Notes under the pieces: generated by a model | The model's database searches: none | What the model was told of the DNA's origin: nothing | The model's input: only the letters and a program-made list of their open reading frames with translations | Assembly (NCBI GenBank): GCA_964016885.1 | Contig: CAXHJY010000184.1 | Coordinates: 620,001-684,000, forward strand | DNA from: Eledone cirrhosa | Taxonomy: Eukaryota | Direction: 5' to 3' | DNA length: 64,000 bases | Shown: positions 14,051-27,588 of the stretch, piece after piece | Position numbering within the stretch: position 1 is the first letter of the stretch | Layout of the letters: every line of letters starts with the position of its first letter | Position numbers and translations under genes: made by a program

Positions 14051-14949
14051 GCCGTATTATTAATTAATTCTATCGTGCAATGCCTGTGCGTGAAGATATT
14101 TTTTAAATGAGGAAAGACTGTGCACTGAGCCAATCCCACTCTCTGAGCGACAGTAGCTATAACCCGAAAAGAAGAAAATATCAACATCATCGGTAACTAC
14201 TGAGCCGCAGGTTTTATATCGGAGTTATCCCAGTTTCCTGAGTTGCCTTCTCCTAGAAGAATGCCCTGACAAAGGCTAGGGGTCCTTCACACCCAGTGGT
14301 TTAACCGCGCAATCGGGTGTCCAGCCCAATTATTTCTATGTCCCCGCGCATGTACATACACATGCACCCATGTATATTCACACATACATATACATACATA
14401 TGTACATGTGTATATACATATTTACGCACTTTTGGATGGCCATTGACTCTTATGAGATCTTCCGCCCTTTGTCAGGTTTTGTTTTTTGTCCTGCAGGGTG
14501 TCCAAAATCACCCTCCTCACCAAGTAAACTTGGTGGGGTTGCCGGTTTAGTCGCCGACGACCCGACCATGTGACAGGTTGTACTGGGTTACATGTTACTA
14601 ATAGCACTCAAGAGTGACTCAACATACATACATACATACTACATGATGGCTGCAAACTCGTGTTCAAGTATTGCCATCGCCCGATAAAATGTTCAAAAAT
14701 GTGAAGCACAAATGTGACTCTTTAAACCAGCCAAATACTTGCACCCTCTGGCACACACATGGCAACTTTAGGCTTCCCCGAAACCTTCCATTGCTTTGTT
14801 CTGGCTGTATGTTCACATGTATCTTTCAAGACCTCCTATGCTTGTACATTTTCAGATCATGATCTACATGAGGTCTACTGATATGACTTTATTCATGTCT
14901 AATCAAACCAGCTTTGCTCAGGCTGACTCGACCACAGTGCTGGCAAACC

Positions 14950-17090
14950 AGATGATGTTCAACAGCAGGCAGTTCAGAACAGTCTCAATCCTCACCTTCC
15001 TTTTCAGTGTTAGGTGTTCTCTCCGACGAGTTTCAAAGTGTTCACCACCTGACTTGATCAAACTTCACACGCTCGTCAGCCATTTTCTCCCATTCGTCAG
15101 ATGAAATTCCAGCACAAGCCAAGGTGCCCCTGATACAGTCCCGATACCGCCATTTTGGTTTATGTGGTGGTCGCCTTCCTTCACACAGTTCTCCATAGAG
15201 AAGTTGTTTGGGAATACGATCATCAGACATCCGGACCACGTGACTGTACCACCCCAACCGAAAGATTATGCTCTCTATAGTCACGCACCTGCTCCGTTCT
15301 AGAACTTCCAAATCACTGGCGAACATTTTCCACCACACCCCAAGTAACTTATGAAGAGATTGTTGATGAAATCTCTCCAGTTCCTTGGGGTGCTTTCTGT
15401 ATGTGACCCACGTTTCATAAACATAAAGTAAAGAGGAGACGACACAAGTCAGATACACTTTCACCTTGGTTTCGATAGTGATACCTCGTCTGGACCATAA
15501 ACGTTGATGCAGCCGTCCAAAAGCATCACTGGCTTTCTTGATTCTTAAGGATATTTCATTATCATGTGTGCCTGAAGTGTTCAAAGTACTACCAAGGTAA
15601 ACAAACTTGTCAGCAACTTTTAGCCTCTTTCCGTACATGTACACACTTGGTGCAGTGTACTCGTTTCCAGGTACTGGCTGATAGATCACAACAGTCTTTT
15701 CCAAGCTTATTGTGACGCCTAAAATGCTGCAGGCTGCAGAAAAAGAGTTCATAATAATCTGCATATCACTTTGTGAGTGTGCAAAAAGATCGCAGTCGTC
15801 TGCATACAAAAACTCTCGGATTATAGATGTTAATACTTTTGTGCTTGTACCAAAGCGCCTGGTGTTGAACAACCTTCCTGAAGTGCGATACCTGATGTAA
15901 ACCCCATGAGAACAATATTTGAATGCCATGAGAAACACTATCGTAAAATATAAGGGAAACAGAATTGGAGCCGGAATGTCCCCCTGCTTCATTACATTTT
16001 CAACTGATATTGGTTCAGAGATGCTACCACCAATACTGACCAAAGCCTTCATGTCATCATGGAAAAGATGCAGAATCTTCTACCCTACCTTGGATTTTTT
16101 CCCACAATGCAGTTCGATTGACAGTGTCAAAGGCCTTTGTCAAGTCAACAAAGACCTGGTAAAGGTCCATACATTGTTCGATACACTTTTCTTGCAGCTG
16201 CCGAGCAGAAACGATCATATCCACTGTTCCTCTTTCGTTTCTGAACCCACACTGCGACTCAGGCAACACATTCAGAGCAACTCTTGGGATCAATCTATCC
16301 ATCAATATTCGACACAACTTTACCAACTACTGAAAGAAGGGATATGACATTATAATTGCCACATTTGTCCTTGCCGTCCTTTACTTTATGGAGAATCACC
16401 ATGAGCGCATCCTTTTTGTGGGACATTCTCATCTTGCCACACCATTTTCATGAGGTCAGTCAGGCGCTGCGTGAAGTTTTCACCACCACACTTCAAAACC
16501 GCTCCACTCAGACCATCCATACCAGGAGACTTACCACAGTTCAGCTTATGCACAACAGAAGTCCCCTCTGCAAGAGAAGATACATTAGCCATCTCATATG
16601 CTTCACTGGTTCAATAGGAATGGAACAAAGGAAATCATCATCAACCTGGTTTAAGAGCTCATCAAAGTGATCTCTCTATCTGTCGAGTGTCTTTTGGGTC
16701 ACGCAGTAATTGCTTGCCATCTTTCGATCTCAAAGGGGCCACTGGAGAGCTGAAAGGGCCATACACCTCTGTGAGTAGAAAGTGCGGCAGTTTCACATTG
16801 TTGCCGTCAGATGCCACTTGAACTTCATCTGCTTTGTTGCTCCACCAGGTATTTTGCATAGCCCTGAGTTTCACCTGCACTTCCTTCTTTACCTGTCTGT
16901 AACGCTCATAATTGTCACCAACAGAGCTACCACCTTTAAGAACTGCATCAAGTGCCTTTTGTTTTCTGTCTAGCAGAGCCTTGACCTCCTGGTCATTCTC
17001 ATCAAACCAGTCCTTGTTTTCTTGTGACAAAGCCAAGGACCTCTGCTGAAGCCTCATAGACCGAGCTCCTGAAGTCCTTCCAGTTGTTCT
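14950..17090 (-). mobile_element. Degenerate RTE-clade (BovB-like) LINE, RT region with frameshifts
   Basis: ORFs give GKSPGMDG, PESQCGFR..TVDMI, FVDLTKAFDTVNR, KQG, FLYADD, FVYLGS, RIPKQLLYGEL. Confidence 0.92.
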
Positions 17091-17849
17091 CATACATGCA
17101 TACATACTTACATATATACATGTATGCATACATCCATACATACATGTATACACACATACATACATCCATCCATCCATACATGTATACATACATACAATGG
17201 TTAAAGTGTTTGACAGACGACCATAAGTTCATGGGTTCATATTTGGGACCGGGTAGTTATTGAATCAACCTGATATCAATGTTTATTATACAGCTCACTT
17301 CCTCTTTGGTATAATATGACACAGTAATATCTAACATAGTACCCATCTAATCTGTTATAATATGATTTACCTTTCCTCTGTGAAGGCACATGCCTTAGGG
17401 GTTACAGTACTGGACTAACCATTATAAAGTCATGGGCTCGTTTCTTCGATCCTGCAGCATGTTGCGTCCTTCAGTAAAATACTTTAGTTTGTGTAGCATC
17501 TTCTACCAGGACTTGCGGCAGACAGATAATATCAGTAATGGAAAAAACCTTGTTTCATTAGTATGACTTGGAAATCAGATCCACTCTATTTATCTTCTTT
17601 ATTAAAGGCAATCAAATTATTTATTTTTTTTATTCTTTTTCTTATTTTTCCATGTTTGTTAAATAAATTCCAAAAAATCGAACTAAATTGAAATTTTGTA
17701 ATAAAATTTCCATAAAAGTTAATGTTTACAATACAATAAAATGTAATAAAATGTATTGAAGTCGACGAAATGTGGACCTTCATTTTTGAAAGATGGATAA
17801 TGCTATAAGCAGACCTTACAATATTGTACCACAATTTTCCTTTGTGCAA

Positions 17850-18057
17850 AAGTGGGCAGCCGAATTTAGGAAAGGATAGGGGATTCTTGAAGATGACCCA
17901 ATGTCTGGACGTCCTACAACTGCCACTACCGAGGAAAACATTGATCTCAGTACTGCAACACCGATGGAAGAAGTGTGTGGAACGCAAGGGAGACTATGTT
18001 GAAAAATAAACCTCATTTGGTCACATTCCATGAGAGTATCTTTGTCAACCCTCGTAT
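17850..18057 (+). mobile_element. Internally deleted mariner-type transposon remnant
   Basis: KWAAEF..LEDDPMSGRPTTATTEENID joined to C-terminal LQHRWKKCVERKGDYVEK*, ending ACCCTCG-TA. Confidence 0.8.
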
Positions 18058-18091
18058 CTATGCGCAATATACGTAAAGATACAGAATTGCG

Positions 18092-18495
18092 GGCACTACA
18101 ACGCTATTAGCTGTCATATTTGTTGGTGAAAAAAATTTGATTATAAAACTTAAATTTATGAATGACTTGTTTTCTACATTGATAACCATGACTTGTTTTC
18201 TAATTAACTTAAATTTGTTTTCTAATTTGGCCCTTTTAAGGGCCACCTATATTTTCCTTTAAGTAACTCCACTTACATCGATATGCTTTATAACCATGAC
18301 TTGTTTTCTATTTGTTTTCTAATTTGGCCCTTTTATGTCTTCCCTCTCTCTCTCTCTTCCCTATCTCTCCTCTTCCCTATCTCTCTAAAAAAAACGCGTG
18401 AAAACTCCACTTACGCGTGGTAGTAATACGGAAATAAACGATGTTGACGAGTGACGTCACCTTCGCTTGTTTTCCACTAATAGCGTTGTAGTGCC
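18092..18495. mobile_element. MITE with perfect 19-bp terminal inverted repeats, superfamily uncertain
   Basis: GGCACTACAACGCTATTAG (18092-18110) and CTAATAGCGTTGTAGTGCC (18477-18495); no obvious TSD. Confidence 0.7.
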
Positions 18496-18815
18496 TATAT
18501 ATGTATGTATATATATGTATATACACACATATATATATATTGGATTTTAGTCTTCAAATTTATTATTATTACTATATATATGGTGGCTGCCAACTCGTTT
18601 TCGAGTACGGCCACTACTTTATATCCATGTAGGAGAACCCCTACTGATGCGTTGAACGAGTGTGACTTTTTAGTCCAGCCAGCGACTTGAAAACTCTGGT
18701 ACAAACACTACACTTGTGACAATTACTGACACATAGTGCTGGGCCCATGGTACCACGTGATGACAAGTGCAAAGAGATCTCCAGATATAAAGCAATGCCT
18801 GTGCCGTGAAGCTTT

Positions 18816-18864
<49 letters not shown>

Positions 18865-19469
18865 CACATGCGCATTTCGAAAACATCATCCTGGGACAAA
18901 AATTGTGTTCTCATCAGATAAAATAAGGTAACATGATATGAAGTCTAAAAACACTTGTCAACAAGAAAGTGTCCAGTCTACATATGACAGAAATATAAGA
19001 GTAAGAAAAAGATAGGAAAATAGAAGAAAAGGAAAGAAGGAGAAAAAGGAAAAGGAAAAAGAAATAGAATATATATATATAAAAACGGAGAAAAAGACGA
19101 TTATTAGGAAGAAAAAAATATTTTTTTCCCTTTTATTTATTTCTTTCTTTTTTCTGGGTTAGAAAATGATTAAAACGAAATATTTTACTTTGTGTGAAGT
19201 GTTAGGGTATTAGTTGATTTATTAATTAATTAACAATGGCATTTATTTATTTATATATTTAATAATTGTCTATTACCGGTTTCAGCCTTTTTATGCATTA
19301 TCAAAGGATAATAATATGTATTGGTGTAGAATAGTGGTGTTGGAGATGTTAAAGAAATGGTGCAGAATGTTATTTACAAACAAGGTTTATGAAGTGAAAA
19401 GAAAAGAGAAAAAAAGGGACGTAATGTGGAGCATAATAAGTCAATGTGAAAGAAAAAAAATATATATAT

Positions 19470-19635
19470 ATTTAGTTATGTAATAAACAACATAAGATAA
19501 TTATTTCATTTACCAGTGGTTGCTTGATGGCTGCCTTCAGACAGACATAACATCTGCCTTCAAGAAACCATTGGTAAATGAAACAATTATCTTGTTGCAA
19601 ATGAAACAATTATCATTATGTTACATAACTAATAA
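19470..19635. repeat. Foldback element; related copies at 20327-20468 and a half copy at 20880-20940
   Basis: ATGTAATAAACAACATAAGA.AATTATTTCATTTAC.. mirrored by GTAAATGAAA.AATT..TTACATAACT. Confidence 0.7.
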
Positions 19636-19810
19636 GCTCTGTAGCCTACATAGAGCACTTTTTTCCTCTACATTTCCGACGGAAATACTTCATTTATACA
19701 CACACACATTTATATATATATATATAATATTAAGTGGTTCAGTAGATTCGTGGTTTACTGAGGCGGGCACCAAATTCAGCACTCTATGCTAATGCAGGTT
19801 TTGCTTAACA

Positions 19811-19890
19811 GGTCTGATGAGCAGATCAGCCCGTTGTCGGGTCTATAGCATTAATATAGATCCTGAGCCACCTGTGAAACAGTAGTCACT
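19811..19890 (+). ncRNA. Putative type I hammerhead ribozyme motif (Penelope-like)
   Basis: GGT-CTGATGA-GCAG..CTGT-GAA-AC agta GT-C-ACT: intact core with short helices I and III; AATAAA follows. Confidence 0.5.
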
Positions 19891-20135
19891 ATGTATAATC
19901 AATAAAGACCTTAATATGAAACCTCACTTTGTTTTCAATATATGTGTGTGCGTGTGTATGCGAAAGGTAAACAGAAATAACAAAGCAAACAACACAGTAC
20001 AATAAAGAAATATATTAGTTTAACACTTAAAATAGTAGGGAAAGAGTCATACACACACATATATATATATATAACGAAGGAAGTGTGGTAAGGAACCAGA
20101 AGTACTCAATACTTAGGGTAGTAGAGTGGGTAATA

Positions 20136-20251
20136 GGAAAATGTTTAACCCCGACGGCAAAGCTCAAGCCGTTTCGACGGCTATTTCTGGAAGTAGTCCA
20201 GAAATAGCCGTGGAAACTGCTTGAACTCTGCCGTCGGCGTTAAACATTTTC
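20136..20251. repeat. Long imperfect palindrome; partial copy of the same element at 22490-22640
   Basis: GAAAATGTTTAAC..CGACGGCA..CGGCTATTTCTGGA / TCCAGAAATAGCCG..TGCCGTCG..GTTAAACATTTTC. Confidence 0.75.
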
Positions 20252-20937
20252 ATATATATATATAAAGTGTTTCCGTAGGAAAAGTAAAGGAAAGGTGAGT
20301 GCTCTATGTAGGCTACAGAGCTATTTAATTATGTAATAAACAACATAAGACAATTATTTCATTTACAAAAAGTTTCACGAAGACAGACGAGCTTGAAACC
20401 GACGTGTCTTCGTGAAACCTTTGGTAAATGAAATAATTGTCTCGTGTTGTTTATTACATAACTAAATGTATGTGTGTGTGTGTGTACGTATTTTGTAAGT
20501 GATTTCAAACGCAATCGACTTTTCTTGGAATAATTCCACATGAGACATAATTTATTGATTTTCGTTATAAGAAGAGAATTGTAAAAAATAAATAAATAGA
20601 TAAACCCATGGCAACCAACATACATCACAACAATCACCTCAGTACTTGACTGGTATTTTATCAATCTCTGAAAAGATGAGATGGAAAGTTGACCTCGACA
20701 GGATTTTAACTCGGAACGTAAAGAGACCAAACAAATACAACCTATCTGACGCTCCAACAGTTTTATCAATCAGCCGTCCTAAAGACAACAAAAAAAAAAA
20801 CAATCTGTTATAGATAACAAGAGTTATCCTAAATTAATAAAGACACGATGAATTTTTCATTCTGATGAATGAAAGCAATTTTGGTTGCTTTCAAGAAACC
20901 ACTGGTAAATGAAATAATAATCTTATGTTGTTTATTA

Positions 20938-20989
20938 CATATATATATATATATATTTAGTTAACTTGTATATATATATATATATAACT

Positions 20990-21021
<32 letters not shown>

Positions 21022-21024
21022 ACT

Positions 21025-21057
<33 letters not shown>

Positions 21058-21225
21058 CTTGTATATATATAACTTGTATATATATATATATATATATAAC
21101 TTGTATATATATATAGAGAGACAGAGATATATATTTAGATAATATACATATATAATACACACACATATATATATATATATAATTAATAGTAGAATTATAA
21201 TAGAATTATAATTAATATATATATG
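20938..21225. repeat. Compound (TA)n microsatellite punctuated by AACTTG
   Basis: Repeated TAACTTGTATATATA units. Confidence 0.85.
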
Positions 21226-21286
21226 TAAAACGTAAACAGAAATAACAAAACAAATGCGTGCGTGTGTTTTGGTACATACATATTAG

Positions 21287-21350
21287 GCGCATGCGCAGTA
21301 TGCGTCGTTTTTGTACTTCCGTCTTGTAAACTGCAATAATTAAGGTACGT
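21287..21350 (+). promoter_or_regulatory. Candidate promoter and first exon of the ZNF gene
   Basis: NRF1-type palindrome GCGCATGCGC (21287-21296), ETS-type ACTTCCG (21315-21321), donor-like AAG|GTACGT at 21345. Confidence 0.5.
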
Positions 21351-22179
21351 TGTTAACATTCGTAATTAGCAGGGCACCTGGCCTCCTTTCGTTTTAATTA
21401 GATAACCTTTCTGCAATTACCTAAAACAAAAGTTAAGTGATATCCATGCTTGTTGCGATATTTCTGTTTCTTTTTCTAACAAATTATTCGGAATTTACAT
21501 TTATATCTAAATAAGGAGCGGAGTTGTCTGAACCGCCACCACCACCATCGTTGCGAGTCCCGCGAGGTGGAGTGGCTTTTCCAGCATGTCTCCCCCGCCA
21601 TCCTCCAGAACAATGTATTTTCCATCCTGTCGGTGGTCGGGACCAAGAGGCGGAGAGTAAGTTATTTGCAGGTGGAAGATATTCTTTCGGACATCACATA
21701 CTTCATATGAAAATTGATTGTTTTTTTTCGCTCTATTAGGTATTTTCACTGTAATTCCTTACGGTAATAGCTTGAGTGGTGTGTCTCTAGTGGACCACAT
21801 TTGTAAAGCTTTATATATGATTAGTGACCAATTAATAGAGCATTTCCCTTCAGTTTTTTTATAATCTATCTATTCAGTATGATATGCCAACCGGCAGGAG
21901 TCTCAGGGGTAGACCCCATGCTAGATCGTTGTATAACATCTATGAGCTCGGTTGGTCTCACTTGGGCATCCAGCCAGGTCAGTTGAAGGAGATGGTCGCT
22001 TCTGACAGGAGCCACAGGCATGTTTGATGACTGCTCCCACCAGTAAGTGAGCTCTTAGACTAAGAAGCTGCCACGTGTTGAGACATGCAAGGTAACCAAA
22101 ATGCTCTAATGACCAGTCAGTTGCATCTATCAATACATTCCACATCTTGTTACACATGAGACAGCCAAAGTGCTCCAAT

Positions 22180-22460
22180 GACCACCATAGTCAGTTACAG
22201 CTGTTCTCTTCACCTCTTTCCATGGGGGTAACAGGACCTGATTAGCATGTCTCACTCGTGTGACATGTCCCAACCAGCCAGGTTGACATTTACATAATGT
22301 TTGATGGACTTCTTTGTTAGTGACGAAGTCATCGCACCAAATGCCAAGGATTTTCTGTAGGCATTTTGTGTGAAAAGCATCTAATTGATTCTTCTGGCCA
22401 GTCTTCACACTCTGGCTTTAAAATGCTGAAGACACGCTGTATGTCAATATAGCATCCCTA
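22180..22460 (-). mobile_element. RTE-like LINE 3' fragment (same family as 38690-39380)
   Basis: LDAFHTKCLQKILGIW.DDFVTNKEV..WLGHVTR. Confidence 0.7.
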
Positions 22461-22869
22461 CTACTCCATATATATATATATATATATATATAACGAAGGA
22501 AGTGTGGTAAGGAACCAGGTGGACCATAATGCACCAGAGTACTCGATACTTTGGGTAGCAGAGTGGGTAATAGGAAAATCTTCAGGACCCTGACGACAGA
22601 GCTCAAGCCGTTTCGACGGCTATTTTTGGACTATTTCTGGAGTTATATAATATGAAGGTGTAGTCGAACTATGTAAACTCCATAGTAAGTTGTATAATTT
22701 TAATAAAACTGTACAGATCAGTTATGGTAACATATCTACAATTTGTTAAATTAGAAATAAAATTATCACAGTTGTAATATCTACTTTTTGAGTATCTACA
22801 ATATCTTAAACAGTTTTATTGTTATTTCAGAATATCAGATGACATTGGCATCTCAATCAAAGTGACGAA

Positions 22870-23167
22870 TGACCATGGTTTTACACCTAGAAAGTTTCCC
22901 GCCGAGGCACAAGCCTTGGCAAGGTTTTTTGTGGATGACCAGCAGTAGCCCATACATACCAGTCTCCCCTCTCTACGCCACCAATGTTGTCCAAGGGAAA
23001 GGCACCAACCGATACAGCTCGACACCAGTGACGTCGCAACTCATTTCTACAGCTGAGTAAACTGGAGCAAGGTGAAATAAAGTGTCTTGCTCAAGGACAC
23101 AACGCATCACCCTGTCCAAGAATTGAACTTGCAAGCCCAATGCTCTAACCACTAAGTCATGCGCCAT
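22870..23167 (-). mobile_element. SINE (family A head/core with a different 3' part)
   Basis: Reverse head GGCGCATGACTTAGTGGTTAGAGCATTGGGC and core GTGTCCTTGAGCAAGACACTTTA. Confidence 0.7.
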
Positions 23168-23417
23168 TTTTATGATTAAACATCAGATTAACAGAACAAT
23201 TTCTTCTTCACTGTTGGAAATATTTACAAGATGATTTTGCATCCTAATTAAACTTGGACAAATTTACAAAGATCACAGCTGGAAACATAACATTACAAAT
23301 ATCAGCATAGATATATATAAATATGTAAATGATATCCATATATTGTCTTAAGAGAATAATAATGGAAAAGGAGTTATGTGAGAAACTTTAGGGATTTATT
23401 TTATTTTTCTTGATAAG

Positions 23418-24278
23418 ATGCAGAAGGAGCTAACAAAACCTTATCACTGTGATATCTGTAAAAAGTCCTTCTCTCAAAAAGGTCACCTGACTACTCACAA
23501 ACATATCCATACAGGAGAGAAACCATATCACTGTGATATCTGTGGTAAAACGTTCTCTCAAATAAATACCTTAACTAAACACAAACTTACTCATACAGGT
23601 GAGAAACCATATGACTGTGATGTCTGTGGTAAATCATTCTCGCAAATAAATAACTTAACAAGACACAAACATATTCATACAGGAGAGCAGCCATATCACT
23701 GTGATATCTGTGGTAAATCATTCTCTCAAAAAGATCACTTAACTAAACACAAGCGTATTCATACAGGAGAGAAGCCATATCAATGTAATATCTGTGGTAA
23801 ATCATTCTCTCGAAATGATGAGGTAATTATCCACAAACGTATGCATACAGGAGAGAAGCCGTACCACTGTGATATTTGTGGTGATTCATTCTCTGTAACT
23901 AGTCATTTAACTACACACAAACGTATTCATACAGGAGAGAAGCCATATTACTGTGATATCTGTGGTAAATCATTCTCTGGATGTAGAAATTTGAATACCC
24001 ACAAACGTATTCATACAGGAGAAAAACCTTATTGCTGTGATATCTGTGGTAAATCATTCTGTCAAAATGGTAACTTAACAATTCACAAACGTATTCATAC
24101 AGGAGAGAAACCATATCACTGTGATATCTGTGGTAAATCATTCTGTCAAAATGGAGAATTAACTAAACACAAATATATTCATACAGGAGAGAAACCATAT
24201 CACTGTGATATCTGTGGTAAATCATTCTCCCAAAAAAGTCACTTAACTACGCATGTAAATACTCATACTGAAAACTAA
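23418..24278 (+). CDS. C2H2 zinc-finger protein, 10 tandem Kruppel-type fingers, no effector domain visible
   Basis: Intact 286-aa ORF with ten C-x2-C-x12-H-x3-H units and TGEKP linkers; acceptor-like TTTTTCTTGATAAG directly before the ATG, so upstream exons are possible. Confidence 0.93.
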   Translation: MQKELTKPYHCDICKKSFSQKGHLTTHKHIHTGEKPYHCDICGKTFSQINTLTKHKLTHTGEKPYDCDVCGKSFSQINNLTRHKHIHTGEQPYHCDICGKSFSQKDHLTKHKRIHTGEKPYQCNICGKSFSRNDEVIIHKRMHTGEKPYHCDICGDSFSVTSHLTTHKRIHTGEKPYYCDICGKSFSGCRNLNTHKRIHTGEKPYCCDICGKSFCQNGNLTIHKRIHTGEKPYHCDICGKSFCQNGELTKHKYIHTGEKPYHCDICGKSFSQKSHLTTHVNTHTEN

Positions 24279-24376
24279 ATCCATGTTGAAATTAATGGTA
24301 TAACTAATAATTTTATAAATATTGACACTTTACAATATTTATAAAATTACTTTTATAAAAAACTTTTATAAAAAAC

Positions 24377-24790
24377 TTTTTAGCATTTAAACCGGCCAGA
24401 ATTCTCTCACCTCTTTCTGTTCAAACCAGCTGTATCTGGCCAGAATTCTCTCACCTCTTTCTGTTCAAACCAGCTGTATCTGCCCAGAATTCCCTCACCT
24501 CTTTCTGTTCAAACCAGCTGTATCTGGCCAGAATTCTCTCACCTCTTTCTGTTCAAACCAGCTGTATCTGGCCAGAATTCTCTCACCTCTTTCTGTTCAA
24601 ACCAGCTGTATCTGCCCAGAATTCTCTCACCTCTTTCTGTTCAAACCAGCTATAACCGACTGCTCATACTGATGTTAAAGTATTGTTCTTAAAATAAATA
24701 GAAAATCTCAGATTTGATATGTGAGGTAAAGCCTATACCATGAAAATACAATAGTATATATAGAGTAATAATGTAAACACTAAAGGGTTA
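24377..24790. mobile_element. piggyBac-type MITE carrying an internal 44-bp minisatellite (~6 copies, 24396-24650)
   Basis: Homologous to 28137-28354; ends CTAAAGGG-TTAA; unit CCAGAATTCTCTCACCTCTTTCTGTTCAAACCAGCTGTATCTGG. Confidence 0.8.
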
Positions 24791-27554
24791 ATATAGCAAG
24801 AAAAATGAAACAAATTTAGTAACAAAGTCATTCTATACAAAAAATACCTTATATCATTTTAACGTCTACTTTCCTTATTTTACATTTTTTTTAAAATCGT
24901 TATATATGACAAAAGAACAAGTAATGCCATATTTACAAATGTACACTTTACAATTTGTGATCCAAAAGTACAATAAAAGAAGGACAAACAAAATTTCTAG
25001 AAAGGATAAATTTTATTTTATCTCACAAGATTATGCTATCTGTACAGAATTAGTTTGTTTTTTTTTAGCATTTATTTCGTTTTTGTTTTATTTAAAATCA
25101 GTTGTGTTTGATGAAAGAAAAATATATTTTATTTCGGCAACATTTTCAGGATCAAAGCAAGAACAATGTATTTTATTTGTATTAACTTCAATAATTTCTC
25201 TGAGCAATTATTCCTTCACAGTTGGCACAAAAAAATTATAATTTAAAAATAGGAAAAAATAAAATACTAAAAATACAACATAAATTGCTTTTATATATAT
25301 ACGTATACACACACATATATATATATACATATGCTTATATACATATATACGCACATTAACTTAAAGGCATTTTGTCCAATGCTCTAATGATTCAGCCAAA
25401 TCTCCCTAATGACATTTTAATGATACACAATATAGACTATAATTATATTAGTAAATAAATATAAATTAATTACAGAGAAAACAAGTTTTTTTTTTATAAT
25501 GACATTGCTGATTTAATAAAAATATAAATTAATAGTAATGACAAGAAATATTTGGTCCGTATGGTTGGAAGAAGAATCATTCAGCTTTGTTTTACAAGAT
25601 CAAATAATATTATGGCCAATATTTCAATTGAAAAAGAGAAAATCAGCACAACCCTGGTTGTGAATATATATTTGATGAAAATAACAGGGATTCAACATTA
25701 ACAATGGATGAGTTGCATAATGTAGAGTGCTTTTCCTATTACATCATAGTTAACTAAACGAAATGACCTGTTCTATCCATTAGTGAACCACAAAACATAA
25801 ATCAATATATATATAAAATTATAAGTTTGAAGAACAGTCAGACAAAATATATCCAATTTTTCTTCTTAGTCTGCAGAAATTAACTAGATAAATAATCATT
25901 TAAATTGAGCTAAGTTTAAAATGTAATTTTGAAGAAATAACAAATATTACAGATCTTCCTCTGTGAGGAACAGTCAGATAAAATTTACCTAGTCTTTCCT
26001 CTTAGCTCCGTTTAATTGATTGTCTAGTTAATTTCTACGGACTAAGTTTAAAAATGTAAGTTTGAAGAAAAAATGTATATAAACTTTACGAAAGTTCTTC
26101 TAGTCCCGACTATCGATAGTTTCACTCGTACTTTGTGGATATGTCCAATACTGGTATTATTCATGAGGTTTCGAGCTTTTCAAGATATATATATATGGTA
26201 AAGTATGTGTTAGTTAATCACTGACACTTCAGTATGCAGGATAGAACACAACACAAAGTACACAAGTGGGTCTGTTTACTCCGGAGTATAATTATAATAA
26301 TGAAGTACAAGTCAAGAGGTTAGAATTTATCTGTTGACTTCCACTTCATTATAAATATATATATATATTACATATTAAACTTATGCAAAAAGCTCATTTA
26401 TGGGGAGATAAGTCAGACAGACTAAAATAAGTTTCCACTCATAATTGTCTCCCTACCATGGTTTCAAAAATAAAAGAAACAATACTGATTATTTCAAACC
26501 ACTGGAACAACCAATATTAGAACTTATTCTATCATCAGGAGGGAAATCTTTGGAACAAGAGAAGATACTGATCAAAGTATAGACCATTTTGTTGTCAAAA
26601 CACAAATTGCATGGTTCAACTTCTTATTTTAGTTGGTCTGAATTATAACCCTCTAAATCGAGATTTTAGCATAAATCTAAAATGTTAAATTACTTCTGAG
26701 TGATATTTTATCCATTTATTGAGCTGTTGACGTATTAGAGACAACTTTGTAATTTATTTATATATATATATATATATATACAGACTTAAAGTTTAAGCAA
26801 TGAATTTCTGCTTTCACCTTAATTGGGATCATCTGAAACTCACTACACACTCATATATATATATATGCAGGCATGTATCATCATCATCATCATCATCATC
26901 GTTTAACGCCCATCTTCCACGCTAGCATGGGTTTGGACGTATATATATATATTGATGGAGGGGGTCTAGGGACGTAAGGCTTCTCCCACAATCGAAACTA
27001 CAAGCTAACCACCAGAAGCATCACTAACTTACTGAAAAATAAATTCTAAGGAGCAAATGTATATAGAGACAGACACAAAGACATACTTGATCTGCTAGGA
27101 ACAACAATGAAATATTCTACTTCTAAATATTACTACTTCAGAGAACTAATCCTTAGTTGTACTTATTACAATCATCATATTGATCACTTCTATAATAAAA
27201 CTAAATAAGGTTACTGTTTCATTTAGCTAGGGATATTTCACCTTCTGTTCATTCATAGCCTTTAACCCTCTTGCTGCTGTAAGTCACTCAGAGTAATCTC
27301 CCCTTAATAGAGTGTCAAGGGAAACAATTCATAAACAAGTTCAGCGTCCTAAAGATTAATGGTGTGTAAGACATGACAACCTTCCTTTGTGCTGCCGTCT
27401 TGATGAAATGCACCCAGTGTGCTCTGTAAATTGTGCAACTTATGTAAACAAGATGCAAACCCTGATCCATCTCAGAGATCAGCAGGTCTAATTAAGTACT
27501 GACATGGTCTATGAGGATCCAGTCACCCCTTGCTAGCAAGGAAAAACAGACATG

Positions 27555-27588
<34 letters not shown>

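Noticed and set aside
12625-21166. Short ORFs rich in YI/CV/HT
   Set aside because: Translations of (TA)n, (CA)n and (TACA)n microsatellites
23911-24141. Antisense ORF within the ZNF gene
   Set aside because: Shadow frame of the periodic finger repeats
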